Virus record (IMG/VR): IMGVR_UViG_3300046836_000218
Span: 1 to 37,960 of that record
DNA length: 37,960 nt
From: a virus
Direction: 5' to 3' (one strand)
Each line of letters begins with the position of its first letter. Position 1 is the stretch's first letter. The notes under the pieces were generated by a model that had not been told where the DNA came from, searched no databases, and saw nothing but the letters and a program-made list of their open reading frames with translations. Made by a program: the position numbers and the translations under genes. Below, piece by piece: positions 18,141 through 25,907 of the stretch.

Positions 18141-18205
18141 GTGAATAATATTAACATAACTACCATTACTCCCGGAGCAGTCACTTTGATTTACGCGGTG
18201 ACTCG

Positions 18206-18862
18206 ATGATTCTTCCCTTCGCCAGCCTTCTACTCTTCCTTGGACCTTCGCCGCAGTACACGCCTTCTGGTCCGCCGCATGCGCCGTCTGTTGTGGCGCC
18301 AACATGCTCAGGCATCAGCGGAACCTATACCGACTGTTTCACAGGAACCGGAGTGCTTACAGCTCCCTGGACGACGCCGATCGTCGGTGGATTCACATCG
18401 ACGGTTTCGCAGACAGGAACTGCGGCTGTCCCGACAACTTCCGGATCGTTCAGTGGTGCCTTCTATACCGGTGGCACATTCAGCGCAGCGCAGTCATCTC
18501 GCATCATTGGCAGGGGTAATTCGGCGCAGCAACAATACACATCTCCATGCGTTCGCGGAACGCCAGCGAGTGGAAACGCCTATTGCTATCTGATTAACCT
18601 GGGAGCGATTTTTATCATCGGGAATGGTGCCGGGGTATCGCAGGTAGTTGGAGGATGCCCGGTCGCCAATGGTGGGCACGACTTTGATATTTTTGAAATA
18701 TCCATTAATGCCACGTTTGGACTGACGTGCCGCGACGTAACGACAACAGTGTCAGCAACTGGCACAGATGGCGGCAGCACCTATCCGAGCGGTGTCCCTG
18801 GTTTCATAGCCGACCAGGGAATATCAACTGCTGCTGGAGTGACTAAGTGGGGCGGAAGCTAA
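18206..18862 (+). CDS. Hypothetical protein (beta-rich, possible tail-associated lectin-like domain)
   Basis: 218-codon ORF with the codon usage of the structural genes. No clear RBS, and ATG 18206 is the only start available. Confidence 0.5.
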   Translation: MILPFASLLLFLGPSPQYTPSGPPHAPSVVAPTCSGISGTYTDCFTGTGVLTAPWTTPIVGGFTSTVSQTGTAAVPTTSGSFSGAFYTGGTFSAAQSSRIIGRGNSAQQQYTSPCVRGTPASGNAYCYLINLGAIFIIGNGAGVSQVVGGCPVANGGHDFDIFEISINATFGLTCRDVTTTVSATGTDGGSTYPSGVPGFIADQGISTAAGVTKWGGS

Positions 18863-18970
18863 CTATTCCGCCTCTTCTTCCTTAGTCTCTTCCTCTTCGA
18901 CAACTTCCTCTTCGACAGCAGGCTCGACAACTGGAGCTTCTACGGTTTCTTCGATCAATTCGTCGGTCAT
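18863..18970 (-). CDS. Possible 35-aa extremely acidic peptide
   Basis: MTDELIEETVEAPVVEPAVEEEVVEEEETKEEEAE, with AGGGGGG upstream of the ATG. Too short to be certain. Confidence 0.3.
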   Translation of the reverse strand: MTDELIEETVEAPVVEPAVEEEVVEEEETKEEEAE

Positions 18971-19005
18971 GGTGGCCCCCCTGTGCGTTCTAGGACATAA
19001 ATATC

Positions 19006-19458
19006 ATGTTTATCTCTGATGCCGGAATAAAACTGCTGAAAACTTTCGAGGGCTTCAGGTCGCATGCCTACCGTGACTCGGTGGGAATCCTTACCATCGG
19101 CTACGGTTCAACGAAGATTGCAGGCATCCCGGTGAGCCAGGACGACATGTGTACCGTCGACCAGGCCGAGGACTATCTGCGCACTGATCTGCAATGGGCG
19201 GAAGCTGCCGTAAATAAGAACGTCAAAGTCTCGATCACCCAGAACCAGTTCGATGCGCTCGTCAGCCTGGTTTACAACATCGGCGGTACGGCATTCTCGA
19301 CATCAACGCTGCTCAGGCGATTGAACGAAGCGAAGTATGCCGAGGCCGCAGAAGAGTTCCTTCGCTGGAACAAGGCCGGCGGGAAGCCGGTCCAAGGACT
19401 GACGAACCGGCGCGTGGCTGAGAAGGAATTGTTTCTGCAGGAAGGAGACGCATCGTGA
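19006..19458 (+). CDS. Endolysin, GH24 lysozyme (T4/lambda R-like)
   Basis: LLKTFEGFRSHAYRDSVGILTIGYGST catalytic-region motif and NQFDALVSLVYNIG. Confidence 0.9.
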   Translation: MFISDAGIKLLKTFEGFRSHAYRDSVGILTIGYGSTKIAGIPVSQDDMCTVDQAEDYLRTDLQWAEAAVNKNVKVSITQNQFDALVSLVYNIGGTAFSTSTLLRRLNEAKYAEAAEEFLRWNKAGGKPVQGLTNRRVAEKELFLQEGDAS

Positions 19459-19745
19459 TGGGATTTCACCCGGTCGCCTGGATAGCTATAGCCGTCGCCG
19501 CCGTCTTCCTCTGGACCATCATCCGGCAGAAGCCAAGCCTCCAGGAGATCGTCGCATCCGTCAACAGCTTCAGCGATCAGATGTGGGCGATCATCGTCAT
19601 CCTGATAGGTTGCTCCACGCTTCTACTGACGAAGCAGTACGGCATGGACAGTACAGCAGGGACAACGATCATCGGCTCAGGCGTCACGCTGATGGTGAAA
19701 AAGGGAATGTCCGAGAAGGCCAACGACTCCGAACCTAAAGTGTGA
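19455..19745 (+). CDS. Holin candidate (multi-TM membrane protein)
   Basis: GTGA/ATG junction with the endolysin stop. Hydrophobic segments VAWIAIAVAAVFLWTII and WAIIVILIGCSTLLL. Confidence 0.55.
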   Translation: MMGFHPVAWIAIAVAAVFLWTIIRQKPSLQEIVASVNSFSDQMWAIIVILIGCSTLLLTKQYGMDSTAGTTIIGSGVTLMVKKGMSEKANDSEPKV

Positions 19746-19754
19746 GGTAATCCA

Positions 19755-19949
19755 ATGCTAAGTTTGTTAATTTCGCTGCTGATCCTGTTGCTCGTCCTGG
19801 CGGTCTTCTACTGGATCCTGAACCTGATTCCCATCCCGGCAGAATTTCGCTGGATTGTGAACGTCTTAATAGCAATCATCTTCCTCGTGGCGCTGATTTC
19901 GCTGCTCACCGGCGGCTGGGGCTTCCCGTATCACCCGCTATTGCGCTGA
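19755..19949 (+). CDS. Small two-TM membrane protein (lysis-associated?)
   Basis: MLSLLISLLILLLVLAVFYWILNLIPIP...IAIIFLVALISLL. Last gene before attP. Confidence 0.5.
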   Translation: MLSLLISLLILLLVLAVFYWILNLIPIPAEFRWIVNVLIAIIFLVALISLLTGGWGFPYHPLLR

Positions 19950-19977
19950 AATAGCCACCCGACAAATATTCGAGGGC

Positions 19978-20131
19978 AAGATGGCTCCGCTTTTTTCAAA
20001 GTGGAGAGTGGGGAGTAAAAAGTGGAGAGTAAGTGGAGAGTGGATGGCGGAGTCAGAGATGGCCCCGCTTTTCTTGTGCCCAAAATGGCCTATTTTTTCA
20101 GGCTTTCGGTAAGTGGACCCCAGTTGGCCCC
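19978..20131. repeat. Short direct repeats left of the att core (candidate integrase/Xis arm-type sites)
   Basis: AAGTGGAGAGT(G) at 19999, 20020 and 20031, and AAGTGGACCCC at 20111. AGATGGCYCCGCTTTT at 19979 and 20057. Confidence 0.5.
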
Positions 20132-20169
20132 TTGCCTTTTTATGTTTCTCGTAACTTGTTGATTCTAAG

Positions 20170-20220
20170 TGCGCCCGGAAGGACTCGAACCTCCGACCCT
20201 CTGGTTCGAAGTCAGATGTT
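20170..20220 (-). other. attP core: 3' portion of a tRNA-Arg(UCG) gene
   Basis: The minus strand reads TCTGA-CTTCGAA-CCAGA (anticodon arm, anticodon TCG), GGGTC, GGAGG-TTCGAGT-CCTTC (T arm), CGGGCGC-A. No matching 5' acceptor or D arm lies upstream, so it is a fragment. It sits next to int. Confidence 0.7.
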
Positions 20221-20374
20221 ATAGCAAAAACCCCAATGAAATGGCACTTTTTGCGGTTTATTCGTGGCCCCAAAACAACCCAATTTCATTAGGTTTCGTA
20301 AATTTACGTCGCTCGTGGCCCCCAGTTGGACCCTGCTAGTTTTGGCGGCTGCAACCTGCAGTTGTTTTACCTTT

Positions 20375-20803
20375 TTAGGCTTGGTCTGCAACGCCTGCCA
20401 CATGCCGCAATAGGCCTGCATGAGGAACCAGATGTCCGACTGGTCCTGCCGTGTTTTTGCAATAGTCGAACCCTTGTCTGAAAGCTGCTACTTCTGTTTG
20501 TTTAACCACTGCATAGGCTATTGCCTCCATGCATTCGATTAATGATGCCGAGAACCACTCAGTACCGGCGGCTCCAATCCTCTTATCCCGCAGAGTATAG
20601 TGAGCGCCCAATTCAGCACATCGCATGCAATGAACTTCAGCAAACCATAGCAGTCTGGCTTTGGAACCTGGAGAGTAATACTTTATTCGCCATTCAGGAT
20701 TACTGCTGAGGCCAACCTTTAGCTCATCACAGCCGTCCCTGTTGGCCACGTAAACGAATCCCTGTTTGTGATATTTCCCCTCGTGCTCGCAGACTTCGCT
20801 CAT
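20375..20803 (-). CDS. T5orf172 / MUG113-type GIY-YIG-like domain protein
   Basis: GFVYVANRDGCDELKVGLSSNPEWRIKYY ... AELGAHYTLRDKRIGAAGTEWF matches the T5orf172 pattern. ATGA overlap with the int stop. Confidence 0.6.
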   Translation of the reverse strand: MSEVCEHEGKYHKQGFVYVANRDGCDELKVGLSSNPEWRIKYYSPGSKARLLWFAEVHCMRCAELGAHYTLRDKRIGAAGTEWFSASLIECMEAIAYAVVKQTEVAAFRQGFDYCKNTAGPVGHLVPHAGLLRHVAGVADQA

Positions 20804-21930
20804 GCCTTCTTCCTCTTGCTCACGAACTCCACCAATTCCGCATTAGGCGCTCGCAGCTCCATCTTCCTGCCGCCGTATCCAGTAGTCGTCCGAATGTCCG
20901 AGTGCCGCATAAGCCGTTGCTGTACCTCAATAGGCAATTCGAGCTCGCGCATCATCGATCGGTACGTATGCCTGAAGTCGTGCCAGCCCAGACTTGCAAT
21001 CTTTGGCTCAAGCTTCAAGCCCGCAGGCACCAGGTGTTTCTTTTGCATGATGCCGTTGTGGAATGGCCTGCCTGTCTTGAGGCTTTCGAATATCCAGCCA
21101 TTCATTGAAGGGTAAGTCGCTTTCCACGCCTTCAATTCATCGAGGACCTGCGGATGCAGGGGAAGCTCGTCATTCGATGCCAGGGTCTTTGTGTCTGACT
21201 GATGCTTACCCACTGATGACCCTTCGACCGACATCACCGAACTGGCAAAGTTGATATTCTCCCACTTCAGGCCGAGGACCTCTGAGACTCTCAGCCCCAG
21301 ACACATCGACAGCATGATCATCATGGAGACGTGCGGATCTGTGATCTCGCGCAGCTTCTGATACTGGTCGACGGTGATGATTGTGGCATGGCGCGTCTTC
21401 TTAGGTACACCCTTGACCCTGACAAGAGTTATGGGGTTCCGGCCAAGTTCCATATCGCCCCAGCGCATGATTGACTCAAAGAGGCAGTGAATCTCAGCCT
21501 TGATATGCAGCTTTGACCGCTTCGAATAGGGGCGTGATGGAAGGTTCTTCGTTGGCCGAGTCTCAAGCCCGTTAATCCACTTCTCCAGTTCCATGATGTT
21601 GATTGAGGCAGGGAACTTCTCTGCCCAGTCCTGCCGGAACGGGAAAAGGTTCGATCGCTTGGTGGTTGCCGTATGGGGCCTGACGTTCGTAGCTTCTTCG
21701 AGATACCTGTCGATCGCAGCGCCGATCGTCTTGGTTCCGCCGAGGGAGGCTATCTTGATGCGGTGCCTGTCGGCTTCCTGCTCCGCGTCGGACTTGGTGG
21801 GAAATTCTTTGACAGTGCCCAGCTCGATGGACTTTCTGATTCCACCTTCTCTATAGCGGAGCAGCCATAGGTCGGGCAGGGATGCGCGTTCCTTGAGCGT
21901 GACACTGCCTTTTTGGTAACTCTTGCGCAC
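20800..21930 (-). CDS. int: Tyrosine integrase
   Basis: GLRVSEVLGLKW, HDFRHTYRSMM and LMRHSDIRTTTGYG provide the catalytic R...HxxR...H...Y signature. Confidence 0.92.
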   Translation of the reverse strand: MRKSYQKGSVTLKERASLPDLWLLRYREGGIRKSIELGTVKEFPTKSDAEQEADRHRIKIASLGGTKTIGAAIDRYLEEATNVRPHTATTKRSNLFPFRQDWAEKFPASINIMELEKWINGLETRPTKNLPSRPYSKRSKLHIKAEIHCLFESIMRWGDMELGRNPITLVRVKGVPKKTRHATIITVDQYQKLREITDPHVSMMIMLSMCLGLRVSEVLGLKWENINFASSVMSVEGSSVGKHQSDTKTLASNDELPLHPQVLDELKAWKATYPSMNGWIFESLKTGRPFHNGIMQKKHLVPAGLKLEPKIASLGWHDFRHTYRSMMRELELPIEVQQRLMRHSDIRTTTGYGGRKMELRAPNAELVEFVSKRKKA

Positions 21931-22155
21931 TTATGAAGCCTCCTGCTTTTGATATGCCTTTTCCAGTTCGCTGAGTTTGAAGCGCCAATATTTTCTGGGA
22001 CCGAAGCCAAACTGGCTGGCCGCCGTCCTGGGAATGAACCCAGCCCTGGCTGCTGCTCTCAGGCCTGCCGCTGTTTTGTAGCCAAAGTGCTTGGCAGCCG
22101 TACCTGCGTCAACCCAAGGCTCTTCTAAGGCTCGTATCTGCTGAACTTCACCCAT
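21931..22155 (-). CDS. xis: Excisionase / MerR-AlpA-like HTH DNA-binding protein
   Basis: 74 aa, directly abutting the int start. WVDAGTAAKHFGYKTAAGLRAAARAG is HTH-like. Confidence 0.6.
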   Translation of the reverse strand: MGEVQQIRALEEPWVDAGTAAKHFGYKTAAGLRAAARAGFIPRTAASQFGFGPRKYWRFKLSELEKAYQKQEAS

Positions 22156-22266
22156 CTGCCCCCCCTTATATCAATCAAAGCATCCATTGCTGTGAGAATT
22201 ACAAAGAACGTCCTACTATGCCGCCAAAGTTGTCGTATACGTCTGCTTGCTCTCCGATTCCCCCAT

Positions 22267-22452
22267 TTACCTGCCCTCCTTGCGGGTTACTGTGCTTGCT
22301 TCCGGTTGGGATTCGGCCTTTAGCTGAATCGGCCTTTGGAGTTGAACCTTCGACAGACGTTCTCCATTAGCCCAGCACTTAGGGCAACCATTGACATACT
22401 CCGCATAGATCGCGTCACAATTCACGCATTGCCACTCAAGTAGTTCACTCAC
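22267..22452 (-). CDS. Small zinc-ribbon protein
   Basis: GTG start with GGAGGG upstream, overlapping the upstream stop (GTGA). CVNCDAIYAEYVNGCPKC. Confidence 0.5.
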   Translation of the reverse strand: MSELLEWQCVNCDAIYAEYVNGCPKCWANGERLSKVQLQRPIQLKAESQPEASTVTRKEGR

Positions 22453-22790
22453 AATCCCTCCGATTCGGCCTTGGCGATGGCTGCTTCGGCTCTCGCCAAA
22501 AGTGTTACTGGATTCATGGAGCAAGCCATCTCCAATGCCCTCCGCGTTATCTGCAACTCCCGCTCCACATCCTCATGGAACGGCCCATCACAAAAACCAC
22601 TTTCATCCGACAGCGCATATCGAGTCTTAGGATCTTCGCTGCCACAACTACGGCATTGTGTTCTCCGCTCCACATCGCTCTTCGTGGAGGATGCAGCTTG
22701 CCATGCTGCACGAGATAACTCTTTATCCGATAGTGAGCCGTCAAAATCAAACTCCTTATACCAAATCTCAAACGATTCCTGATTACTCAT
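22449..22790 (-). CDS. Hypothetical early protein
   Basis: ATG at 22790 overlaps the upstream stop (ATGA), with GAGG upstream. 113 aa. Confidence 0.55.
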   Translation of the reverse strand: MSNQESFEIWYKEFDFDGSLSDKELSRAAWQAASSTKSDVERRTQCRSCGSEDPKTRYALSDESGFCDGPFHEDVERELQITRRALEMACSMNPVTLLARAEAAIAKAESEGL

Positions 22791-23251
22791 TTCGACCTCG
22801 ATTTCAGTGCGCGGTATTGTTGAAGCTCTTTGGCCATCTCCCACTGCTCATCGGTGGATGTTCCATAACAAACCATTGCGTCCAGTTCAATGTCGCTAAC
22901 CTTCGCTTCCGGCCTCTCATATTCCGCAGCATTAGCAGCTTCAGCCTCTTCTAAAAGCGCAACGTGAAGCTCATAACCGGCCCTCAAATCGAGATATTCC
23001 CGCTCCAAATCAGCATTAGCAGCGAGGGCGGCTTTTAGCTTGGCCTCCAGTGTGTCCATGTAATCCAACACAACTTCGTTGCACGTTTCAGGGCGCGGCG
23101 GCAACTCCCTCTCGCCACTGCCTTGGTTATTGGCGGGGTCATTGGGGCCGCGACTGCTCCCTCCATCTTTCTCGGTTGAACCCCGTTCTGCTTTTTCCGA
23201 GTTCAGTTGGGCATTACCCAACAACTTCACACTCGCCGCTTTATCGTTCAT
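22787..23251 (-). CDS. Hypothetical early protein (coiled-coil)
   Basis: 154-codon ORF in the leftward operon. Confidence 0.55.
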   Translation of the reverse strand: MNDKAASVKLLGNAQLNSEKAERGSTEKDGGSSRGPNDPANNQGSGERELPPRPETCNEVVLDYMDTLEAKLKAALAANADLEREYLDLRAGYELHVALLEEAEAANAAEYERPEAKVSDIELDAMVCYGTSTDEQWEMAKELQQYRALKSRSK

Positions 23252-23269
23252 GGTTAGCCCCTTTCAGCG

Positions 23270-23950
23270 TTACGGAATCAGCGGCTCGAAGGCGGCAGCC
23301 CAATCGCCTAATTCCGGCGCCTGCTCAACCGGCTCAGTCTTTACGGAATGCTTGGCAATCATGGACTCAATCTCTTCATGGAACCGTACAACCTCGGCTT
23401 CTATCTGCTGAATGCGTTCTTCATCCCTGAACATGCGCACGGTGAACAGGCGTGGCCACCGCTTCTGGCGTGGATCAAAAGATATGAAGTCGATCCACTC
23501 GCGGCCAGTGCAGGCAAGCGCCCAGGCGCACTGCGGTTCATGCTCTGGCGGAAGAATGCCAGCATCAATCCATTTGATGTGGTTCTCGGAGCGCGGGACC
23601 TTGAACTCTACGGCGCCTTCAGATCCGACCAGCCCGTCAGGACTTGAGCCGGTGAAGTCGTATTGTGGGTGCAGAATGAAGCCAACCTCATCCACGCGAT
23701 TGCCAGATTCAATCTCATATTCGGCGCGTGCGAATGGCTCGTTTTCGGTGCCAAATTGCATCTCGGTAGTTACATACCGGCTCGATATTTCGCCAGTCGT
23801 GCGCTCTGCGACGAGCTGCCGCTTGTAATCGTCACGTTTCGCCGGACCCCCGATCTTCAAAACATCCTTGATGCGGCTGCCAGTGATGCGGCCTCGGCGC
23901 TGCAACAGCCAATCGGTAGATCCCTGCTCACAAGTGATGGTTCGCATCAT
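23270..23950 (-). CDS. YqaJ-type (lambda Exo-like) recombination exonuclease
   Basis: CEQGSTDWLLQRRGRITGSRIKDVL and GSSPDGLVGSEGAVEFKVP motifs. Paired with RecT. Confidence 0.85.
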   Translation of the reverse strand: MMRTITCEQGSTDWLLQRRGRITGSRIKDVLKIGGPAKRDDYKRQLVAERTTGEISSRYVTTEMQFGTENEPFARAEYEIESGNRVDEVGFILHPQYDFTGSSPDGLVGSEGAVEFKVPRSENHIKWIDAGILPPEHEPQCAWALACTGREWIDFISFDPRQKRWPRLFTVRMFRDEERIQQIEAEVVRFHEEIESMIAKHSVKTEPVEQAPELGDWAAAFEPLIP

Positions 23951-24717
23951 GCGAGCTCCTTTTTGCGCTTGTCCTTCAACTCCATGAATGCCTTCATCGC
24001 TGACTGATCGCGTGTGTCGCGGGCTACGGTATATGCCGCGGCAAAGGCTTTCTGCAGAGCGGACATATCAACCGCGGCTGCGATAGATTCTTCATGGCTG
24101 GCGTAATCATCCATCGACATCACCGGCTGCGCCGCTGCCAAAGGAACATCAGCCTGCGACATCTCTTCCGCGGTGTAGACGCCTGACAGATCGGCAGGGA
24201 AGGCTTTACGCAGCGCCAGGGCTTCCGAACACTTGCCTAGCATCAGATAGGGCATCTTCTGCCACATCGGGCTCTGCAGTTGACTGTACTCAGTCCAGCG
24301 AGCTGTAGCGGTGAACTCTGCAATGTGGCCGTCGACCATCTTCTTTACCGTGACAGATGCGCGATTCGGGAACTTGCCATCTTCGCTGTCGAAGACATAA
24401 TCGGAGATGCCTGCGAGTTGCCCGGTGCGATCGGCAATCAGGCGATAACCATCAATCCCTGTCTGGATCGTCATCTTGCCAGCGCGCTTGATGGCGTATA
24501 TCTGCCGCGCTAACGGGTCCAGGCCCGTCTTCCTGGCGGTGTACAGGAATAGCTCTAGTTCGTCGTCTGAGGCGCCGACTGCGATGGTTCTCTTAATAAG
24601 ATCAACCTTATCGCGGGTAAATTCCTGATCTCGTGCTCGTGGAACCATTGCTGTCGTCTTGCTCTCGTCATCGCATAGCGCGAGCGAGCCTACTAATTGC
24701 TTCTGTACGGTGCTCAT
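23947..24717 (-). CDS. recT: RecT/Bet-family single-strand annealing protein
   Basis: ELELFLYTARKTGLDPLARQIYAIKR...IQTGIDGYRLIADRTG...MLGKCSEALALRKAFP. Confidence 0.85.
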   Translation of the reverse strand: MSTVQKQLVGSLALCDDESKTTAMVPRARDQEFTRDKVDLIKRTIAVGASDDELELFLYTARKTGLDPLARQIYAIKRAGKMTIQTGIDGYRLIADRTGQLAGISDYVFDSEDGKFPNRASVTVKKMVDGHIAEFTATARWTEYSQLQSPMWQKMPYLMLGKCSEALALRKAFPADLSGVYTAEEMSQADVPLAAAQPVMSMDDYASHEESIAAAVDMSALQKAFAAAYTVARDTRDQSAMKAFMELKDKRKKELA

Positions 24718-24923
24718 TTCGTCCTCATTTCGTTTTCGTACTGCATCAGTACGTCTCGATGCGTCATATCGCGGTGGCTTTCGATCTCGTCCATCTCAGC
24801 GTCGAACATCGAGTCGGTAAAAGTGATCTCGTGGAATGCTGCGCAGGCGGCAAGGATCACGAATCCGCTAAGCATGACGAAGGCGCCGGGGTTGCAATTG
24901 GCGAACTCCACGATGTAGGTCAT
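24714..24923 (-). CDS. Hypothetical small protein with one hydrophobic segment
   Basis: ATGA-coupled at both ends. Confidence 0.5.
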   Translation of the reverse strand: MTYIVEFANCNPGAFVMLSGFVILAACAAFHEITFTDSMFDAEMDEIESHRDMTHRDVLMQYENEMRTK

Positions 24924-25102
24924 GGCAGTGTCTGGTCCCCAGCCAGTTCCTTTGCATCAAGCCAGCGCTGCTCACAATCGAGCCAATCTTCTATGGCGTC
25001 CTGGATGGTTGCGGCCAGGTGCCGAACCCTCTCTGCCGGTGCACCTTCAGGGCAGAAGTCAAGCGCCAGTGCGTAGCATTGCGGATCAAATGTGCGTGTC
25101 AT
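24920..25102 (-). CDS. Hypothetical small protein
   Basis: ATGA-coupled at both ends. Confidence 0.5.
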   Translation of the reverse strand: MTRTFDPQCYALALDFCPEGAPAERVRHLAATIQDAIEDWLDCEQRWLDAKELAGDQTLP

Positions 25103-25404
25103 GCGATCTCCCGCGTGTCGACGTACTCTGCATTGAACTTGCGATCGCAGGCGTCACACAGGCCGCCAGTGCGTGAGTACTCAGCTTCGCTGCAATCGTC
25201 GGCACACTCATCGCATTCCCATGAGAGCTGCGTTACCTCGCACTCTTCGTCTGTCAGGTATCCACGATCAACCTGGAAGTCGTCAGGGAGCATGTCGCGC
25301 CAGCGGCTGCCAGCCTCAAGCTCTGCTTTGTAATCGCCGTCAGCTTCGACTTCTACGGTGTATGTGCATTGCGCTGTGATGGTGACTTCGACTGAATACT
25401 TCAT
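25099..25404 (-). CDS. Hypothetical acidic protein with C-terminal Cys cluster
   Basis: WECDECADDC...GGLCDACD. ATGA-coupled. Confidence 0.5.
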   Translation of the reverse strand: MKYSVEVTITAQCTYTVEVEADGDYKAELEAGSRWRDMLPDDFQVDRGYLTDEECEVTQLSWECDECADDCSEAEYSRTGGLCDACDRKFNAEYVDTREIA

Positions 25405-25595
25405 GCTGCCTCCTTGTGCGCGATCTCATTCAGAACTTCGGGGCACTCACACTCATCGCGGTGGCATGTGTGACAGATAAGCCCAAGATCGGCGGCGCAT
25501 TCCGGGTGGAACTCGCCCTTGCGGCAATCGAAGCGGCTGCCGTAGATGTCCTCGTGGCAGTTGTCGCAGGTGCCGTTCCAGATGGGTTGGCTCAT
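25401..25595 (-). CDS. Small Cys-rich (zinc-binding) protein
   Basis: The start MSQPIW at 25595 gives a TAATG junction with the upstream stop. CDNCHEDIY...CRKGEFHPEC...CHTCHRDECEC. Confidence 0.5.
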   Translation of the reverse strand: MSQPIWNGTCDNCHEDIYGSRFDCRKGEFHPECAADLGLICHTCHRDECECPEVLNEIAHKEAA

Positions 25596-25780
25596 TACGC
25601 CACCACCGTCATTGCGGCAAGGATCTCGACAGCGAGCTCCCACGCACGCTCAGGGCTATAGGTAAGCTTCGTCTCCCAACCTGCGCCCTTGACCCAGTAG
25701 GCTAGGCCGTCGCGTTCGCTGCCCCAGGTGCAGACTCTTGCGGTGGGATCGATAAGGTGGACTGCATTCGTCGTGGTCAT
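25595..25780 (-). CDS. Hypothetical protein, first gene of the leftward early operon
   Basis: GGAGA RBS. Sits directly downstream of the P_L-like promoter. Confidence 0.55.
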   Translation of the reverse strand: MTTTNAVHLIDPTARVCTWGSERDGLAYWVKGAGWETKLTYSPERAWELAVEILAAMTVVA

Positions 25781-25791
25781 AGGTGTCTCCG

Positions 25792-25852
25792 TCCGTAGTC
25801 AGGAATACTACGTACTAGAAACAACTATGCGCCACGACATGCGTAGTGTCAA
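25792..25852 (-). promoter_or_regulatory. P_L-like promoter with O_L-like operator sites
   Basis: Minus strand: TTGACA (25847..25852), 17-nt spacer, CATAGT (25824..25829). Inverted repeat CGTAGT-N7-ACTACG at 25794..25812, and another CGTAGT at 25842..25847. The 20-mer TCCGTAGTCAGGAATACTAC recurs at 27207. Confidence 0.55.
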
Positions 25853-25907
25853 GTAGTATGAACGCCGTTGTCGTATTTATTTTTAGGGTACGTCGTGACC
25901 TTATTTT

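Noticed and set aside
17523-18305. Full 260-codon version of the LAGLIDADG ORF
   Set aside because: The first 55 codons are GC-rich, overlap the start of the + strand gene at 18206 and precede the conserved motif. The motif normally lies near the N-terminus, so the start was moved to ATG 18140.
19978-20131. Short tandem repeats (AAGTGGAGAGT x3) considered as a mini CRISPR array or VNTR
   Set aside because: The repeats are 11-12 bp with 0-9 bp between copies, and no cas genes or spacer structure are present. Their position beside int/attP fits recombinase arm sites.
20170-20220. Possible complete tRNA-Arg gene
   Set aside because: Only the anticodon arm, variable loop, T arm and 3' acceptor strand are present. 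The sequence upstream on the minus strand cannot pair as a 5' acceptor strand or D arm, so this is an att core fragment and not a functional tRNA.
19938-20421. ORFs 19938..20273 (-), 20033..20224 (+) and 20212..20421 (-)
   Set aside because: They cross the tRNA-Arg fragment and the arm-type repeat arrays of attP and have no RBS. The region is better explained as the attachment site.
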